Assembly (NCBI GenBank): GCA_010015805.1
Contig: ML978126.1
Coordinates: 1,674,001 to 1,738,000, forward strand
Length of the DNA: 64,000 nucleotides
Reading direction: 5' to 3'
Source: Rhizodiscina lignyota
Lineage: Eukaryota
Both the position numbers and the translations under genes were made by a program. Positions 61,253-64,000 of the stretch are shown in pieces. Position 1 is the first letter of the stretch, and each line of letters opens with the position of its first letter. The notes under the pieces are model-generated. The model was given only the letters and a program-made list of their open reading frames with translations. It had not been told where the DNA came from and did not search any database.

Positions 61253-63115
61253 ATGGTCAAACACTTTACCAATGTCTATCTCATCGCAGCGTTCGCCACG
61301 ATTGGCGGATTCATTCAAGGCTTTGATATCACGAGCATGTCTGGGATAATCGGAACCAAGCCTGTAAGTGTAGATGATTAAATTCTACGACGGAATGTCT
61401 AACATCTTGTAGTACAGACGCTATTTCAATGACCCCGGCGCTGTCGAACAGGGCGGAATCACTGCCAGCATGGCCGGAGGTTCCTTACTGGGTTCCATCT
61501 TCTCTACATTCCTTAGCGACCGATACGGACGACGAGATACGCTCTTTTCTGCGTGCCTCTTCTGGATAGTTGGCTCGGCGTTGATGTCTGCTTCCCAAGA
61601 TGTGGCTATGCTTATTGTGTCCCGAGTAATCAATGGGATTGCTGTGGGCATGTTGACCAGTCAAGGGCCTACGTATATTGCAGAAATTAGTCCAGTCCAT
61701 ATCCGTGGTCGACTCATCTGCATTCAACAGTGGATGATCACCTGGGGGGTTAGTTATCCGAGACAGTCCGTCTGTACTCATCGCTAATTGTCCCTTAGGA
61801 GTTGATCATGTACTTCATTCAGTATGGCTGCTCCTTTATTCCGACAAATACTGCATTCAGAGCACCATGGGGCATCCAAATGTTTCCTGCCATTATCTTG
61901 CTCTTGGCAGTGCCATTCATGCCTCGGTCACCGCGCTGGCTGGCGTCCAAGGACCGCTGGGAGGAGGCCATCGATGTTCTCGCCAGCTTGCATGCTAAAG
62001 GTGATCGATTGGATCCACTGGTCGTTGCTGAAGTCAATGAAATTCGAGAAAGGATCACGTAAGTGCATCTCCTTTGCCAGCTGAGATTGCTGCTGACCGT
62101 ATTGGTGTACAGCCTCGAGGCGAAATACAGCGCGACAAGTTGGACTGAGCTTTTCAACAGGCGGAATATTGTCAGGACACATTGTGCCATATTCGCACAC
62201 CTGTGGAGCCAGTAAGCTATCGAAAATGGTGTTCAGCCTGTAATGCTAATCAGAATAGATTTTCCGGGGTAAATGCTATGATTTACTACATTGTATACAT
62301 CTTCCAGATGGCCGGCCTTTCGGAGAACTCGTCGCTCACTGCTGCCTCAATTCAATACGCGCTAAACGTCGTGATGACTGTTCCTCCTCTTCTATTTGCA
62401 GATCGTTGGTCGCGCAGGTGGACTATGATGCTTGGCTCGTTAACAATGGCCTTCTGGTTGTTCACGGAAGGTTCTCTCATGGCGGTCTATGGACATCATG
62501 TGCCCCATCTCAATGGCAATAAGACTCTCACGTGGGTGGTCGACAACTCCAAAGCATCCAAAGCCATCATCGCATCGTCATACTTGTTTGTCTGCTGTTA
62601 CGCCATGACGTGGGGAGTAAGTGGTACCACCTTGAGAACGTCACATGTACTAATATTTGCGACTAGCCCATGGGTTGGATATATCCACCGGAAGTCGTTC
62701 CGCTCTACATTCGAAGCAAGGCGGTGTCTCTTGCCACAGCAGTCAACTGGGGTGGCAACTTTGCCCTCACTTTCTTCACACCGCCCGGGTTCAAAAATAT
62801 TCAATGGAAGGTATGTCGGCTTGTCTGGGGTGCAAATATTCGAGTCAACTAACGACTCATCGCGCGTAGGTTTACTTCATTTTCGGTACAATCTGCATGA
62901 CCGCGCTCATCCACGTGTTCTTCCTCTTCCAGGAGACTCGCGGAAGGACCTTGGAGGAGATGGACGAAGTCTTCAACCAGAGCATCTGGGCGTTTAAGGT
63001 CCAGTACGTCAGTAAGCTGGATGAGGATATTGACAAGGCGAAAGTGTTGATCAATGAGGGCAAAGCCGCAACCATCGAGGCTGAGATTGTTGAAGGAGCA
63101 CAGCCCAAGTTGTAA
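61253..63115 (+). CDS. MFS sugar porter (high-affinity glucose transporter-like), multi-exon
   Basis: IGGFIQGFDITSMS, SDRYGRR, YIAEISP…RGRL…QQWMITWG, PRSPRWL, SQFSGVNAMIYY, GWIYPPE, QETRGRTLEEMD. Confidence 0.95.
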
Positions 63116-64000
63116 TCCAGCGAGAGCCGTATTTGATGTTAAATAATCTTGTGCGAGTACTTGAATGATCAAATACTGTTCGCAAGAGCCTCACAGCCGA
63201 AGCTGCCGTTGAATCTCATATCATATATGCATGTGGGAGTACGAAAAAAGCTCATCATCCAGGATATGATATACGGTACTCCATATGTAAGCGGCAGACC
63301 AGACGTGTCAGGTCGTCGAGTCATCTTTTGGGTTAGTGTCAGCTTTTAATTCGCAAGGTAAGACTAGGCTGCTTCAAATCTGGTGACCTTGAAAAAAATG
63401 GGCGAGGTTCAAAGCATGCAGACTCTAGGCGAGAACCGGTGTGCAGAGGTTGATCGGATGCTGCAACTCGCAAGTTTTGGGTGTGCAAAATGCAGCGTGG
63501 CAATGTGATGTGGGCGATGTGGGTTTCCTTTATTGGCGCCGCCATTTGCGCAGCCAACCGCACGCAAATCAACTGCCTGAGTCAGTTAGCAACTGCCCCC
63601 TTTCGACCCTTGCGTCCGGCCAGAATTAGCTCCACATCGTCATTTCCAGCTGTCGAACTGACAGCACCGCCCATCTCCAGACGCTGCTCTCGCCTCGAAA
63701 TCCAATCAACCATTCTCCCGAAATGAAGAAGCCGCATCTTCTGATCGTCAAGTCACCGGGAGCACTCGCATCGTCGAGGTTCGACCTCGCAGACAATCCC
63801 CGCAAGTCCCAGATTCGCCATGGTTCATCTTCCAAACTTGGCACATGCGCACTGGATCATCAGCCCTCCATTGGTTGTGCGACTCCAGGAGGACTATAAT
63901 CCCGTCATCGTTTGCAATGATCGCTGCTGCATTGGTCCACATTACCTCTGCGGGTGACTGTTGACGGTAAACACTGCAAAAATTAGTGGTGAGCCCGGAA

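Noticed and set aside
63339..64000. Short ORFs at the window end
   Set aside because: No motif or clear codon bias, and they cannot be resolved without downstream sequence.

Overview
Eukaryotic, intron-containing DNA from a filamentous ascomycete (GT..AG introns with CTRAC branch points, Zn2Cys6 regulators, a HET remnant). The main result is a compact candidate fungal RiPP locus at 6.4-10.4 kb. It has a 63-aa secreted precursor (signal peptide, one KR site, then three identical SPKVGPITAR repeats with no aromatic residue) and three adjacent membrane-anchored HxxHC-type (UstYa/DUF3328-like) proteins, one of which has lost most of its motif histidines. The locus lies among orphan genes, pseudogenes and an AT/TpA-rich RIP-like patch. 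The rest of the window holds a U1 snRNA gene, a run of transporter, regulator and redox genes with no backbone synthase (MFS, MpaB-like oxygenase, two Zn2Cys6 factors, two SDRs, ABM-like, PhyH-like, GMC), a Cys-rich membrane protein, a PD-(D/E)XK-like protein, a histidine acid phosphatase, an APH-like kinase, an HSP20, two small repeat-containing orphan proteins, and a sulfatase / enoyl-reductase / double-Zn-cluster TF / sugar-porter block. All family calls come from motifs read by eye; no database searches were run.
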